Positions 49,113 to 62,009 of a stretch of DNA of 64,000 bases are shown piece after piece. The DNA is from Camelus dromedarius. Lineage: Eukaryota. The position numbers were made by a program, and so were the translations under genes. The DNA lies in NCBI RefSeq assembly GCF_036321535.1, contig NC_087437.1:106766001-106830000 (forward strand), written 5' to 3'. How positions within the stretch are numbered: position 1 is the first letter of the stretch; the number at the start of each line of letters is the position of its first letter. A model generated the notes under the pieces. It saw only the letters and a list, made by a program, of their open reading frames with translations. It had not been told where the DNA came from and made no database searches.

Positions 49113-52100
49113 TGCCCAAAAAGGAGCCATTACCATACATCAGCTAGTGGTTCTTTCTTCAGTTAAATTCAGTCAGCCTTCTGCAGAAGCTTCTGGTAGG
49201 GTGTACCATAGAACTCTGAAGAGATTGGTTGTAATGTTTCTATGACAATTATTACTGTTACTACTAATAGCATGAATAACATTACCATCATCCCTGGAGT
49301 ATAAAACATTGTTTTAATCTCAAGTTTTTAGGTGGGTTTAAATGAAGAACACAATGAATTCAGTGAGTCTAGCAGTGCTTCTTGGCTACTGGATATCTTT
49401 GTGGTCCTACTGTAAATCTCTGTGATGGATACTTAGCTCTGGGGTCAATTTAGTCTTTCCTACATGTTGTCATTTGGGTTACTGCCCGGACTGTAAGTCA
49501 TATTCAGGCCTTGCATCCCTGCAATAGGAAAAGAAACAGAGTACTGCCCAGCGAGCAAAGCTTCGACCCTGTAAACTCTTACAAGAGAATTCCATACCTG
49601 CAGAGAGAGTGACAATGATGAATAACTCTTTAAGCTTCGAAGTTTGAAGGAACAGATCGATTTCAGCTGAAGGGTCAGCCTGTCATTTTTCACTCCATTC
49701 ATTGGCAGGTCCGTCATGTCGAACATGCCCAGAGGAGCTCCTGGGGAGATTGTCTGCTGCTGAGAGTCACTAGCAGAAGAATGTTTTGAACAGGTGCATG
49801 AATAAGATGAATTCGTATTTTAAAGGTGCTTCAGGTGAGTTTTGGAGAAAAATCAGCCCAGATGCTTTACTCCTTAAAATGTACACTAGAATATTATCCT
49901 TGAAATAGCTCCTCGGTGTTTCATCTGGCCCTGTTCAAGGTTGGGTTGAGGCTAAATTTGATCTGGGTTAAAGTTGAAAATGTAAATTAATATTTGTGCT
50001 TTTGAGCCTATACAATTACCAAATGACAGGTTAAATCATTAAATATCATCACCAATGATTCTGGTTTTGTTTACTGGCATCACAGACTTAAACTGGGTTG
50101 AACTGGCTGAATTATTTGCCCAAACGATACCTTGACTACTTTGGAGTTGAGTAGGCACTATTTTTGTGGAAAAAACCAAAACCAAGTCCAGAAAATCACT
50201 CATTGCTCCCAGGAAAACTATAGATTTTTAGAATTGGTGAAGAAAGAAAATATTTATCAGGGGTCCAGAAACTACATATCTGGGACTAACATATATATTC
50301 TCCCATAATAACCTCAGTTATAGGAGGGGAAACTGATGTTTCAAAACTGAACGGTTCATCCTTAGAACTCTAGGGAATATGTTCGGAACTACCCCAGAAG
50401 CTAACCTTAATATTGAAAGTCTCCAGGCAGCTCTAAAATGTCCCTTGATGATGAGTCGATAATCTCTCATGCAGAATTTTCTCTCTTTTAATTTAGTTAA
50501 TGTCACCTCTGTCATGCTCTTACACAAGCACCAAGTTCAATGTTATATATATGGCAATAACCAGAGTTTCAGGCTTCAGTAAATAGTAGGCCTATTAAGT
50601 ACAAACTAAGTAAGGGTCATTGCTTTTGCTACTTAATAAGTATTTAGCTTAAAATAGTCACCTACTTTTTTTCTGGTATAAAAGACCTTGCATGTACTTG
50701 TTGAAGACAATTAAAAATTAACTTCATGAGAAGATCAAATTTAGATGGTTAATAAGCCCACGCTGGAACTGGGAAATTGCTTTCTCAGACAGAGTAAGTT
50801 TTTCTTTGTAATATATTGTTTTCAATAAAGAGTCAGTCCCTACATTAACTATTCCAATATTCATTACAAAGGAACATATAATAAAACATATCTTGTCAGA
50901 TTACGAAGCTCCTGAATCAGCCCTTGGAAGACAAAGTGGAGCTTCTGAATAAACAGATTATATTATGTAAGGCAGTGCCAGCAGGCAACCTTAATTATCT
51001 TTTCTCCTAGATTGTGATAGTATTTCTCATGAATTATTTTGAGCAAACACTGGGGACAGCAACCAATAGTGTAATTTTTTAAAGTAGCCACATTGTGTGG
51101 TGCTTCTGCAGCTTTTCTGTTGTGCTGAAGAATGCCTAGTTTAATCGTAATTTTATCATTTTCCTGAACTTGATCCAACTAGTATTTGATTTCATAATCT
51201 TACCAAGAATAAATTCCTGTCTCGTCAGTAAAGCCCAAAAAGAAACGAGGGAAAACTCAGCTTGTGATTTAGCCTTTGCAACTGAGAAGCGCCTTCTTTG
51301 TGTGGACACAATGGAGATTCGAAGCTTTTATAAATTTTCTTTTGCTGTTGCACTGTGCGAGGTAGGCAAGCCAAACCCATCTTCTAGCCTCAGTATTCCC
51401 ATGTATAAAAGTGGAAGAATCGTAGTTTGCAAGAAAATTATCAAAAGTAATATAAAATATGATAATTGTGTTTTATGCACAAAAAAGATCACTGAAAGTT
51501 TTCACTGTAAATCAAGTTTATGTGAGTAGAAAATTGAATTCACTAGGCGAGCTGATTTTTTGGAATGTCATTGATTAATCTTCCTAGAAAACAGGCTTAT
51601 TTAAAGCACAGCAGAGACCATTATTAAAGGAAGTTTATAATAGACTTAAGGAAGGTATGCAGAGTTTCATATTTTGTGATATGAAAATCTACTTTGCAGT
51701 CACAGTTTGATATGACGCTAGAAGCACGTGGGGCCATTTTGAGAAGGAGTCTACCAAAATCAAGGAATTCTTCCTCTGAAGTGATCTCGCAAAATTTGTC
51801 TGGATTCACCTGAATGTGCTTCTAGACCAAGACTTCTGCTAAAATATCACAGAAAAGTAAAATGTCTTTGTCAGTTAGTTTAGTAGTCTGATGTATGATA
51901 CACATCTTTCCACTACTTTTGATATATAACCAATTTGAAGTCACTAGAAGTATCTTCTAGCCAACAATTTCATTCCAACATTTCTGACAAGTACTGTCTA
52001 CAATGTGACCAAGATAATATGAGGAGTGCTTTCTGCACTATGAATGCTATTTTCTCTATAGAAAGCTCCCTTTCTGGGCAGATAATCTGTAATTTCTCAC

Positions 52101-52239
52101 TGTGACAACCATGGCACATCTCATCTATTTTTCCCCCTAATCTGTAGGACTGGAATAATCTGAACACTTAGGTCTTCTCACAACAAGTAAGATGTCCTAC
52201 CATGAGTGAAGGATAATTTTATTTAAATTTGAATTTTAT

Positions 52240-52430
52240 TTAATTCTTAAAGAAGCAATATATGCACATGGTTTAAAATTCAAAAGGCATAGAAAAATAT
52301 TTGTTGGAAATTCTCTTTTCACCCCTGCCCTTCAGCCACCCAGTTTCATTTCCCGGAAACAACAGTGTCATTAGTTCCTTGCATTTCCTCCCTGATAGCT
52401 TCTACGCTGCATACACAAAAATATACATCT
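52240..52430 (-). mobile_element. Ancient L1ME-type 3' fragment
   Basis: AATATATGCACATGGTTTAAAATTCAAAAGG..CCACCCAGTT..CAACAGTGTCATTAGTTCCTTGCAT. Confidence 0.6.
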
Positions 52431-52919
52431 GTAGCTACAGAGAGACTGTATGCTGGGGACCCTGTCACGAGCTATGTAGAATGTACCTCAAAGTGGCCTG
52501 ATTTTCCATGTGGTGTTAACACTCTCATACCCCCAGATTGTGCATGCATCAGAATGGCTGAGTGGGCTTCTGATGGTGTCCCAGAGAACCCCAGGGCAGA
52601 GAGAGACAGGCGGGTGGCACAGCTGGGGAGGGGTGCTGTCAGGCTCCCTGAGGTGGTTCCTGACCCACAGTTCGCAGTAAAACAGTTGAGCCAAGAGGAC
52701 CAGAGAAAAGGCATAAGAGATGTCCAACACACATATCATTTTGGTTTGAGTATGGACGGCCCATCTGATTTAAATAAAAGTCAAGAAACATTTGTTGATA
52801 CTGAGATTCTAGGGTGGATTCAGATTTTAATAAATTCCTATAATTCTAGAGACTCATCTTGAGAATTTTCACTCCATGAATTGATTTTCTAATAGGCTTT
52901 CCTAGTGGGCGTGTGTGTG

Positions 52920-53390
52920 TGTTAAAATACACACAATATAAAAGTTATCATTTTAATCATTTTTTGAAATTAAAAAAAAATTTTATTGGAGTATTGTCAA
53001 TTACAATGTGTCAATTTCTGGTGTACAGCACAGTGTCCCAGTCAGGCATACATACATGCATATATTCATTTTCATATTTTTTTCATTTAAGGTTATTACA
53101 AGATATTGAACATAGTCCCCTGTGCTACACAGCAGAAATTTTTTAAATTTATTTTTACATATAGTGGCTAACATTTGTAAATCTCAAACTCACAAATTTA
53201 TCCCCTCCCATCCCCTTTCCCTGATAGCCATAATATTGTTTACTATGTCTGCGAGTCTCTTTCTGTTTTGTAGATGAGTTCATAGTGTTCTTTTTTTTAG
53301 ATTCCACGTATGAGTGATATCATATCCATTTTAACCATTTTTAAGTGTACAATTCAATGTCAGTAAGTACATTCACACTTGTGCAACCTA
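52920..53390 (-). mobile_element. Old L1MA/MB 3' end with a young L1 3' UTR (about 52964-53325) nested inside
   Basis: Host reads TAAAATACACACAA..CATTTTAACCATTTTTAAGTGTACAATTC..ACATTCACACTTGTGCAACC. Insert flanked by TSD CATTTTAATCATTTT (52949-52963) / CATTTTAACCATTTT (53327-53341). Confidence 0.92.
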
Positions 53391-53748
53391 GTAAGTTTTT
53401 GCAGGAGAAATTCATGGTAGAAATGTTCAAATTTTTGCTCTTGTTGAAAGTTGCTGTTCCATGCTCTATTTTTTCACTTAGACCCCTACTGTATCAAAAG
53501 ACTTTGAAATCTTTCTGTGAGTTTGCCTTCTGCAAATCCACAGGATGAAAATCACCTAAAGATGGTATCATGTCCAGAATTTTGGAACTCCAGAAGTGGC
53601 TGAAGATTTCCAGGAGGAAAAAGTAATTTGAAATGGCCATTCTTTTACTCATCATTTTCAGAAGTGGCAAATGTCATTGCATCCGATTAACTCAGTCAAA
53701 GAATATTATTAGAAACTTTATTATAATTTTTATATACAGTGCTTAAAG

Positions 53749-53943
53749 CAGTGTTTCTCAGCTTCAGCATGATTGACATTTTGGGTGAGACAATTCTTTA
53801 TTGTGGGGCTATAAGATGGTTAGCAGCATTCGTGGCCACTACCTGCTAAATGCTGGTAGCTGCCTCCTCAGGTTGTCTCCAGAAATTGCCAAATGTCCTC
53901 ACAGGGGCAGGGTGTCAAAAACACCCACATTTTAGGACCACTG
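53749..53943. mobile_element. MER20 (hAT-Charlie) with 8-bp TSD
   Basis: CAGTGTTTCTCA..TTGACATTTTGGG..TTAGCAGCAT..GTCTCCAGAAATTGCCAAATGTCC..GACCACTG. TSD GCTTAAAG / GCTTAAGG. Confidence 0.92.
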
Positions 53944-54882
53944 GCTTAAGGGAATACACGTAGGGAAACCCTGATTTAGGGCATCATTTCTAGAGCTAGT
54001 CTCAGTACTACAAATCTGCATCCACAGATTATGTAGGGCTGCAGCAGGGTTAAAATATGGATAATTTTATACCAGTTGCTAAATAGACCCTTGTTCTGAG
54101 TCCTCCAGATTCATTTCCCACCCTGCCCTGCCTCCTCCACGCCTCCCACCTATGCAGAAACTCAAGGATTAAAACTGGCACAGCCAGAGGATGCCAGGAT
54201 CATCAGCCTTACCTATTGTCCAATTTTATTATCTACGATTATTTATTAATTTTATTATTTATACTTATTTTCTGGTCACCCCTTCATACAACGTAGAAGC
54301 AACTGGGTTCATCACACCTCTCTATACGTATGTGAGTCCTTGAACAGAAAATCAGTTTACTCCCTTTAGTTTGTTGTCTTGGTAGAATAAATACTATATG
54401 TTTCCCTGTCCTACACCTCATTCCTCCTCAAAAATGAGTGATCTCTCTTTATCACTGAATGCATGTTAATCCATACTCTGGGTGGAGTGTAGTTTTAAGA
54501 TGGGCTTGTTTGGAGAATCAGTGGAAAAATGCCCAGCGAGAAACTGCTACACAAAATTACAATGAAGGAATAGCTCCAGCTGAGAGGATAACGAAAGCTT
54601 TGTCAACTTGTTCTTAATAGAGGCAGTGATAGACAGAGCTTGGAATCCATCCTCACGATACTTAAGTCATTCATTGACAAGCCACTCATGCTTTTCCAGT
54701 GATTTAGAGACACTGATAAACATACTTATTCTATAGTTACCACGAATCTCAGCCATATTCTAATTTGCAGGATTTTTGAGCATTTAAATATTGTGTTTTC
54801 CTTGGATTTCAGACAATTCTGTTTTGTTTGAATCAAGAAAAAAAATCCACTTCTGCTTATGCCTTACATTAAGAATTATTGA

Positions 54883-55064
54883 TTCTTCCAATCCAGGAGC
54901 ATGGGGTATCTTTCCATTATTTTAAGTCTTCTTTAATTTCCTTAATCAGTGTTTTCTAGTTTTCTGTGTATAAGGTTCATGTATAACTGAAAAATTGTGC
55001 TCTACACTGTAATTTAACACAACATTGTAAAATGACTCTAACTCAATAAAAAAAGTTTAAAAAA
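54883..55064 (+). mobile_element. 5'-inverted (twin-primed) short L1 with perfect 12-bp TSD
   Basis: Antisense ORF2 piece at about 54883-54974 (WKDTPCSWIGR on the minus strand) joined to a sense 3' terminus and A tail. TSD AAGAATTATTGA at 54871-54882 and 55065-55076. Confidence 0.92.
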
Positions 55065-55169
55065 AAGAATTATTGACCAACTTTCTGAATCTCAAAAAAT
55101 TAAAAACTTTCCTTAACATATGTGAAAACAAATTTTATATTAACTTATATATAGTAAATTTTTAAATAA

Positions 55170-55850
55170 TCATCACTTCCTGATTATAAAAATCAATGGG
55201 CTATTTACCGTGAAAGTAAAAAATAAGAAGAAAGAAAATATAGTACTACCCTTACATCTAACAATCCAAAGACAGTACTTTTTAATCTTTTTTGTATATA
55301 TTCTTCTGGATTTTATATGCAGATAGTATTTTTGTTAAAAGCAAAATGGCAGCACACTCTAAATCTTCCTTTTTCTACCAGTATAATGTGGACAGAAAAC
55401 AGCTTTGCATGATTCACTTGTGGTATTTGTAGAGTATTTCCTGTGTGAATGATCATTCTGCATTTAGGTTCTTGATTCATAATTATATTGCTTTATGTTC
55501 TAGTCAACATTGCAGTTATGATTCTCATGTGTACATCTTTGCATTTTGTTCTATTATTTCTTTTAGACCATTTCCTCAGAGTAAAAACATGAAATCAAAA
55601 GATGTGCACGTGTGGCGGCAGGCACGTATAGCTCCATGGTAGAGGGGATGTTTAGCATGTCCAAGGTCCTGGGTTCAATGTCTAATATCTCCAGTAAAAA
55701 AATAAAGTAAATTTAAAAAAAAGATATGCACATTTGGCATTTTGGTGTATATTGCCTAACTGCTGTCCAGGAAGATCTGTCCAATTACCACTCTGATTGG
55801 GTATGAGTGCACCTGTACCCCACATCTTTACTAGACACATATCTTTGGAA
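55170..55850 (-). mobile_element. Ancient L1ME-type remnant
   Basis: CCTGATTATAAAA..., ACATCTTTGCA..CTATTATTTCTTTTAG..TTCCTCAGAGT, TATTGCCTAACTGC..TGTCCAATTACCACTC..GTATGAGTGCACCTG. Confidence 0.7.
55612..55718 (+). mobile_element. Camelid-type tRNA-derived SINE with 15-bp TSD
   Basis: GTATAGCTCCATGGTAGAG..TTAGCATGTCCAAGGTCCTGGGTTCAAT. TSD AAAAGATGTGCACGT / AAAAGATATGCACAT. Confidence 0.92.
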
Positions 55851-56659
55851 ATAGCTTTCCAATGCGTTTTGAAGACCACCAAAATTTTAGAGTCTTGAAT
55901 TGGTTTAGCTTGACTGTGGAAGTTTGTGATTGTGTCCACTTAAGCAATGATCATGCAATGCAACATATTCCCAGGTGAAATCAGTTTAACTTATAGTAGG
56001 AGGTTGTCAGGGATTCCAGAGAGAGATGAGAGCAAATTGTATTGTCTGGTTATTGAGAAATAAGACTCTATTAGTTTATCTTTTGAGAACAGTGTCAACT
56101 TTACAACTCACTTGACCTTGGTTTAAGTTTCTCCCTTAGAAATTCTGATAAAGAGTGGTGATGGCAGTTCAGGTATTGCATAATTTTTTTAATCACATCC
56201 AGGGACAGAGAAAAACCTTAGCCTCATTTTGTAGTGCTTCCTCTGATGGAGTTATTTTTGAATTCTTTTTTCTCCACATGCTTTTTAGGTGCCAGAGCCC
56301 AAATGAAACACAGTTTGGTTCTGGGTTTGATGTGAAATGATTTCCAAAAACCAGGCCCACAGCTCTCATTTAAAATGACTCCCGCCGGGCATAGAGCATT
56401 CTCCTCTGGTGGAGTGACACCCAGCCTAGGGCTGGATCTGGGATCTGGGCCAAGTGGCAGCTAATGACACACTGGACTTCAATTGTTTTGTCCCAGACAA
56501 TTCCAGCCCTCGTGGGAGAGCCCCTCCCTTTTGACTTTCTCTCCCTCTGCCTCCATCCCTGATTCTAGCCTAGAGGATAAAGCCAGTTGGCTTTCAGAAC
56601 TTGCCTTATAGGGAATAGACTCCCTATAACATTTTTTATGGGAGAGGGATGGGTAATGA

Positions 56660-56799
56660 GGTAAGAAAGCAAAATTTATTGAACACTTACAGTATCCTAG
56701 CACCATATGGAACTTCTCCTTTCACTGTGCGGTAGTATTAGTATGTTGGTCAGTGTTCTCCAGAAAACAGAACCATAAGATGTCTCTCTCTTTTTCTCC

Positions 56800-56830
<31 letters not shown>

Positions 56831-56850
56831 AAATTATATATATACACACA
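56660..56850 (-). mobile_element. MIR fragment followed by an MLT2 LTR terminal fragment with (TA)n
   Basis: ATTTATTGAACACTTAC.. (MIR); GTCAGTGTTCTCCAGAAAACAGAACCA (MLT2 end); (TA)n at 56800-56826. Confidence 0.6.
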
Positions 56851-58168
56851 GAGCATTTTAGAGCTTTTTAAACTCCCTTCTCACCTCTTCCGTCTTTTCA
56901 AGGAAAGTAGAATATTCTAGTTTTGATCAGCTACATCTTAGGAAACTAAGTGATCTGGTAATTTCAATATTCAGTTCAAATAATTTTTATTCTCTATATA
57001 TTGAAGAGCTCGTGCATTCCTTCATGGTGCTCAGAAGTATAAAACAGGAAATTTAAAAAGTCAGAAATCAAATGGCATTGCTTCACTAGAATATAGTTAT
57101 TCAATCCATAGTTCATCACGTGTTGGCTCTGAGTTAGGAGGCAGCATTATTATTTTAGAAAAAAGAAGTTCGAATGCAGAGATAGCAGTTTTCTTTAAAA
57201 TGTCCACATTTGTCTTCATTCCTTTGATTCATCTTATGAAGAGAGCTTTGAGAGGAAGCTGGAAAATGTCATGAATTATTGACTCAAGGAAAGCGCTAAT
57301 CTTATAATAAAAAACACTGTCACCTTAATGTAGTTCAGGGATTGAAATCTGGTAATTGACATAAGAGATATTTGATTGGTTTGTAAATATTATTTTGTAA
57401 TGGATTAATTTGGGGATGCAAAGTGATTTATATTCACAAATATATGATGGATTCTCTTGGTTTTGACATCACTTCCATATCCATCTGCTATTATGAACAC
57501 TTAAATGTACTTCAGACACACACGCCAAATTACTCATTGGAAATGTAAAGACTACTAAAAATTCATAGCAATAAATTAAAAATTTCTACTTCTGGAAATG
57601 TACACACATCTTAAATTCATTTTAGAGGGAAGTATAGTAAAATAATATTTCCCATTTTTACTTCATCTCTACCCAAAGCATGCACAAAGGATATTAATAT
57701 ACTCTGTAAATTACAATACCTTTAGGAAGTACATGTCAGTTAGATGTTCCATGTCAGTTCTGGCAAAAAACCCCCGGTATAACAGTCTATAAGGACATTC
57801 ATAAGAACCACTGACTTATAAGTCCTCATACTCCTAGTCATCTGACCCAACCCTTCTTGTCCATACCTACTGGCCATAAAAAGGATGGCATTGGCTGTGT
57901 GGTTTTGTGTAGTGTCATAGAGATAATAAACATTCAGAAAGACAGGACCACATGAGTAACTGGATTCTCCAGTCCAGGAAACTATTAATCTGGTGGCAGG
58001 ACATTTTGGAGTGAAGACCTAAGGGCTTTTTAAATGGAAAGGGCTTGTGACACGTACTCTTGTGCTAGGATATTTTTATCTCTGGATGTGCCTCTGGTGG
58101 GCAGGCTAAGAAGGGCTGGGTAGAACCTGACCAGTATTCTCCAGGCACTAGGGGACATTCTGGAGTTT

Positions 58169-58192
58169 AAAAAAAAAAAAAAAAAAAAAAAA
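58169..58192. repeat. Poly(A)24 tract
   Basis: Uninterrupted A run with no visible TSD. Confidence 0.95.
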
Positions 58193-58659
58193 GGTCATGG
58201 AACCCCGCTCCTAATTTTATTCCAGAACCACCTCTCTGTAAGCCACTCCCAACTCCCCCCGCAACAACCCAGCTGTGCTCTCTGCCCCCTCAAGATCCAC
58301 CACAGTGACCCAAGTTCCAAAATTTACTTTACCTTCTGCAGTCTACTGATACCCATTAGGGGTGTGCTAGGTAAAGGGCTGGGCTGATAAATTAATACAT
58401 TCTACAACGGTACAGATGACCATGGCTTAATTTGGAATAGTCTCAGGCTGTGTATTTGCATATTTGCCTTAATCCATATGTCTCTCCCTCACCAACCCCC
58501 CCCCCCAACTAAATACCCATAGGAGGATACGAATGCAGTTACTCAGATGAGAGCACTGGAATCTGAAGAGCAATATACAAGTGTTAAATAGTACAGCAAA
58601 CATATATTACACTATTTTGACATTTGAATTAAACACTTGCATTATAGTAACATTAATGC

Positions 58660-59230
58660 CTCAGAGTCTTCCAGTGATTTCCATTTCGTGCAGAATGAAA
58701 TCCAGACTCTTTCCCATGGCTGAGGTTTTACTGGATCTGTTTTGATATTCATGTGACCTTATCTCCCTCTTGCTCTCTCTGGCTCCAGGCACTGTGGCCT
58801 CCGGGCTCTTCCTCAAACAGGTTGAGTGCTCTCCCATCCCAGATTCTTAGCTTTGTCTCCTTTCTCTTCCTGCTACACTCTTGCCCTGAATATTTGCAAG
58901 CCTCAGTCCCTCACTTCTTTACAATTTCTACTTAAATGGCATTGAATCAAGAGTCCCCTGATCTTCCCATCAAAAAACAACAATAATAACAACAAAAACC
59001 AAAAACAGCCTGTTGCTCCCCAACTCTGTCTTTCTCTGTCCTTTGACCTTGCTTATTGTCTTTAGAGCTTTTCCACAGTTGACACACTATTTATTTATTT
59101 CTATTTTCTATCCTTTCTCCCCCTGAGAGTGAAGCTCCATGCAGTTTTTGTCCCCTGGTAAATCCTCAGTACCTAGAATCATGACTGGCACATAGTAGGT
59201 GTGCCGTCAAGGTCTGTTGAACGAATGAAG
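58660..59230 (+). mobile_element. L2 3' portion
   Basis: CTTCCAGTGATTTCC..CAGAATGAAATCCAGACTC..CACTGTGGCCTCC..GTGAAGCTCCATG..CTGGCACATAGTAGGTG..TGTTGAACGAATGAA. Confidence 0.88.
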
Positions 59231-59317
59231 GCATATTAGTAAAGGTAGACGTAGAGAGCACTCCTTGTCTCCTCCTTGTTTACTGAACTGATGATTTGTG
59301 TCTTTATAAAGGACTTA

Positions 59318-59748
59318 AAAAAATAGACTATTTTTTAGAATAGTTTTAGGTTCACGGCAAAATCTAAGGGATGGTACTGAGATTTCCCACATACTCCCTG
59401 CCCCTGCACGCGCACAGACTTCCCACTGTCAGGCTCCCACACCAAAGCAGTGCAGTTGCTGCTAATACGGGCACGTCGTTATCACCCAGACTCCATAGTT
59501 TCCATTAGGGGTCACTCTCGATGTTGCACATTTATGGGCTTTGATGAATGTGTAATGACATGTGTCCATCACTATGGTATCACAGAGTGTTTCATTGCCC
59601 TAAAAATCCTCTGTGCTCTGCCGGCTCATCCTCCCTCCCCCACAACCCCTGCCAACCTCTGATCCTTTTACTGTCTCCATAGTTTTGCCATTTCCAGAGT
59701 ATCCCATAGTTGGAATCATTCAGTAGGTAACTTTTTCAGATTGGCTTC
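59318..59748 (-). mobile_element. L1MC1-like 3' end
   Basis: AATAGACTATTTTTTAGAATAGTTTTAGGTTCAC..TTATCACCCAGACTCCATAGTTT..CCCTAAAAATCCTCTGTGCTCTGCC..TTTTCAGATTGGCTTCT. Confidence 0.92.
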
Positions 59749-60289
59749 TACAAAGGGCTTTTTACAACTGTAAAGTAATTAAGCCTTGCTAAAGCTAACC
59801 AACCAACCAACTAACCGACAAGCAAACAAATCACAGATCTATAACCAGTAGGTTTAATAAACAAAACTAAATGAAAACAGACCATGTTGGTCACATTAAA
59901 ATAATAAAAAAGGAAAACTCTCAGGTTTAGGAGACAAATGTCCTTAAGGAAGAATCTTTAGATGACATGGGCTTTAAGCCTGACTATAGCTGAAGCACGT
60001 ACACAGCTGTATTTCCCTTTCAGTGGCCCTGTCAGCCTTATGGGTAGAGGAAATCCGGTCTACACCCTCTGTGTTACCTGGTGCGAGCCACCGGCCTGGG
60101 GCCTCCTCTGTCTATACTCAGCCAAGTCACTTCCCCTTCTGCTTCAGCATTCCCATGTTTGAGATAATGGGGTTCAAGATTAATGACTTCTAAGGTTGCA
60201 TCTTGGACTGATGTGTCTTCACAGCACTTCCTACATTTGAATTTAATAAATGGATTTTGTAGTGACTGGTATTTTTCGTGTACAGTAAA

Positions 60290-60440
60290 CAGAGAATGCT
60301 GTAATCCCTAGGAGTCAGGGGACCTTGTCCGTTTTCTTCATTGCTATCGACCCAGCATTTAGTGTCTGGCACAAAATAGGTTTGCAATAAAAAAAAATAT
60401 ATCTGTTGATTGAAAACATACCCAAATGCATGAATGAATA
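60290..60440 (+). mobile_element. L2 3' end
   Basis: GGGACCTTGTC..TTCATTGCT..CCCAGCATTTAGTGTCTGGCACAAAATAGG..CAATAAA..TGTTGA. Confidence 0.75.
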
Positions 60441-61239
60441 ATTCTAAAACAGATTACCAGGCTTACTTTTTGGCAGCTTGCAAGGAAGAGGTTATCATCT
60501 GTTTCCTTTGAAATCTACCAATTTTATTTTATTTTTAAATCTAGTCCTAGAGATGTCACTAGATCAGTTGACCCATTTTAGTAATTTTCTGTTTTGTTCT
60601 CCTTATATAAGTAGAGAAGTTGCCTCTAATATTTTAATTTCAGTCATGTCTCACAGTTACAGGACCTGACTTGTTTAAATCCATGCCCAGGACGCGTAAA
60701 AAGCCACTGTCACTGTTTCCAAAGACATACGTCAAGCCTGATGACATGAAAACGGAGCTGCCTGATTGGATTTTTCCCTAACAAATGGAGTTCATAAAAA
60801 GAACACCTATGATATCAATTTGTTTACATTCCAACAACTTGCACTTCCTCAAGTTACCACTTACCTCTTCACCAATAATAAAACGCAGCTTAGCTCTGAA
60901 TACAATGCAGTTTGCTGTCAGGCAAAAATATCTCCTGACTTGAACAATAGATATTTGCATCCATCGCTGGGAGGCAGCAACACGTGTCCCCTACTTGGGT
61001 GAAACATAGCTGTCAGAGCAAAACTGCAAGAGAGACCAAGATACTACTTGAGACGTTCCTGCTATTTAACCACCCATCTCTGAAGTTTGAAAAAGAGAAT
61101 GGAGGTGGAACATTTATTAATACTTCCTTGTTCCTCAGACCAGCACAGTCAGCTGAGCAATTCACTGCTAATGGCATGTGGCTGAGGCCATAACTATCCA
61201 AAACATTTCAAAATTAATGATACTTCATGTAATTGTGGA

Positions 61240-61460
61240 TTTTTTTTAAGATTTTCTTTTTTTATTCAAAAGCCAATTTACAAAGTTGTGTTAATTTCTG
61301 GTGCACAGCATAGCGACTCATTTATACATATATATATATATGTATATATTCCTTTTTATATTCTTTTTCATTATAAGCCATACAAGGTATTGAATATAGT
61401 TCCCTGTGCTATACACACACCTCGTTGTTTATCTATTTTATATATAGTAGTTAGTATCTT
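61240..61460 (-). mobile_element. Young L1 3' UTR fragment
   Basis: TTTACAAAGTTGTGTTAATTTCTGGTGCACAGCATAG..TATTGAATATAGTTCCCTGTGCTATACA..TTGTTTATCTATTTTATATATAGTAG. Confidence 0.93.
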
Positions 61461-62009
61461 TTTATCTTTTGGATTGACCCTGAGGTGCCCGAGGAAATAA
61501 AATCTGGGGAGAAATGTTGGCCCTTGTGGCCTTTGGAGCAGGACAGTTCTTTGTTTTACGTGATTGCCTTTTGCATACGCTAAACGCCAGCAGCATCTCC
61601 TTAGGCACTGTGTCAAGGGAAATGCTATCTATCATGTTGTTCCAGAGACCCCTTGGGCCCCAAGGGTGGTGGTGATGCCTTCAGCTATGAGCCTGACTTT
61701 AGATAAAGCACGTACATGGCTGTGTTTTGTCTCCTACTGGTCCTGTAAGCCCTTATGTCTAGGTGAAGATCATGTCTGCTTCACCTGTGTTAACTGGTGT
61801 GAGCCTCAAGTCTGCTGCTTCCTCTCCTACCATGATTCATGGCCACTGGGGAGGTGGTGTAGAAAAGGAGACTTGAGGGAGGGAGGTCATTTCTTGAGAT
61901 GATCCCTTCAAATTTAAGAACTTTGGACTTACACCTAACTTTACTCTTCTGAGAACACCTGGGCAACTACATTCTGTACCCTAGTTTGCAGTTTTGTAAA
62001 TGACATTCA

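Noticed and set aside
52365..52862. 165-aa ORF
   Set aside because: It starts in an old L1 remnant and crosses a probable degraded ERVL LTR (about 52450-52735, not confidently assigned). No recognisable protein.
58169..58192. Poly(A)24 as a solo retrotransposition scar
   Set aside because: No flanking duplication is visible, unlike 15067-15113. Slippage expansion explains it.
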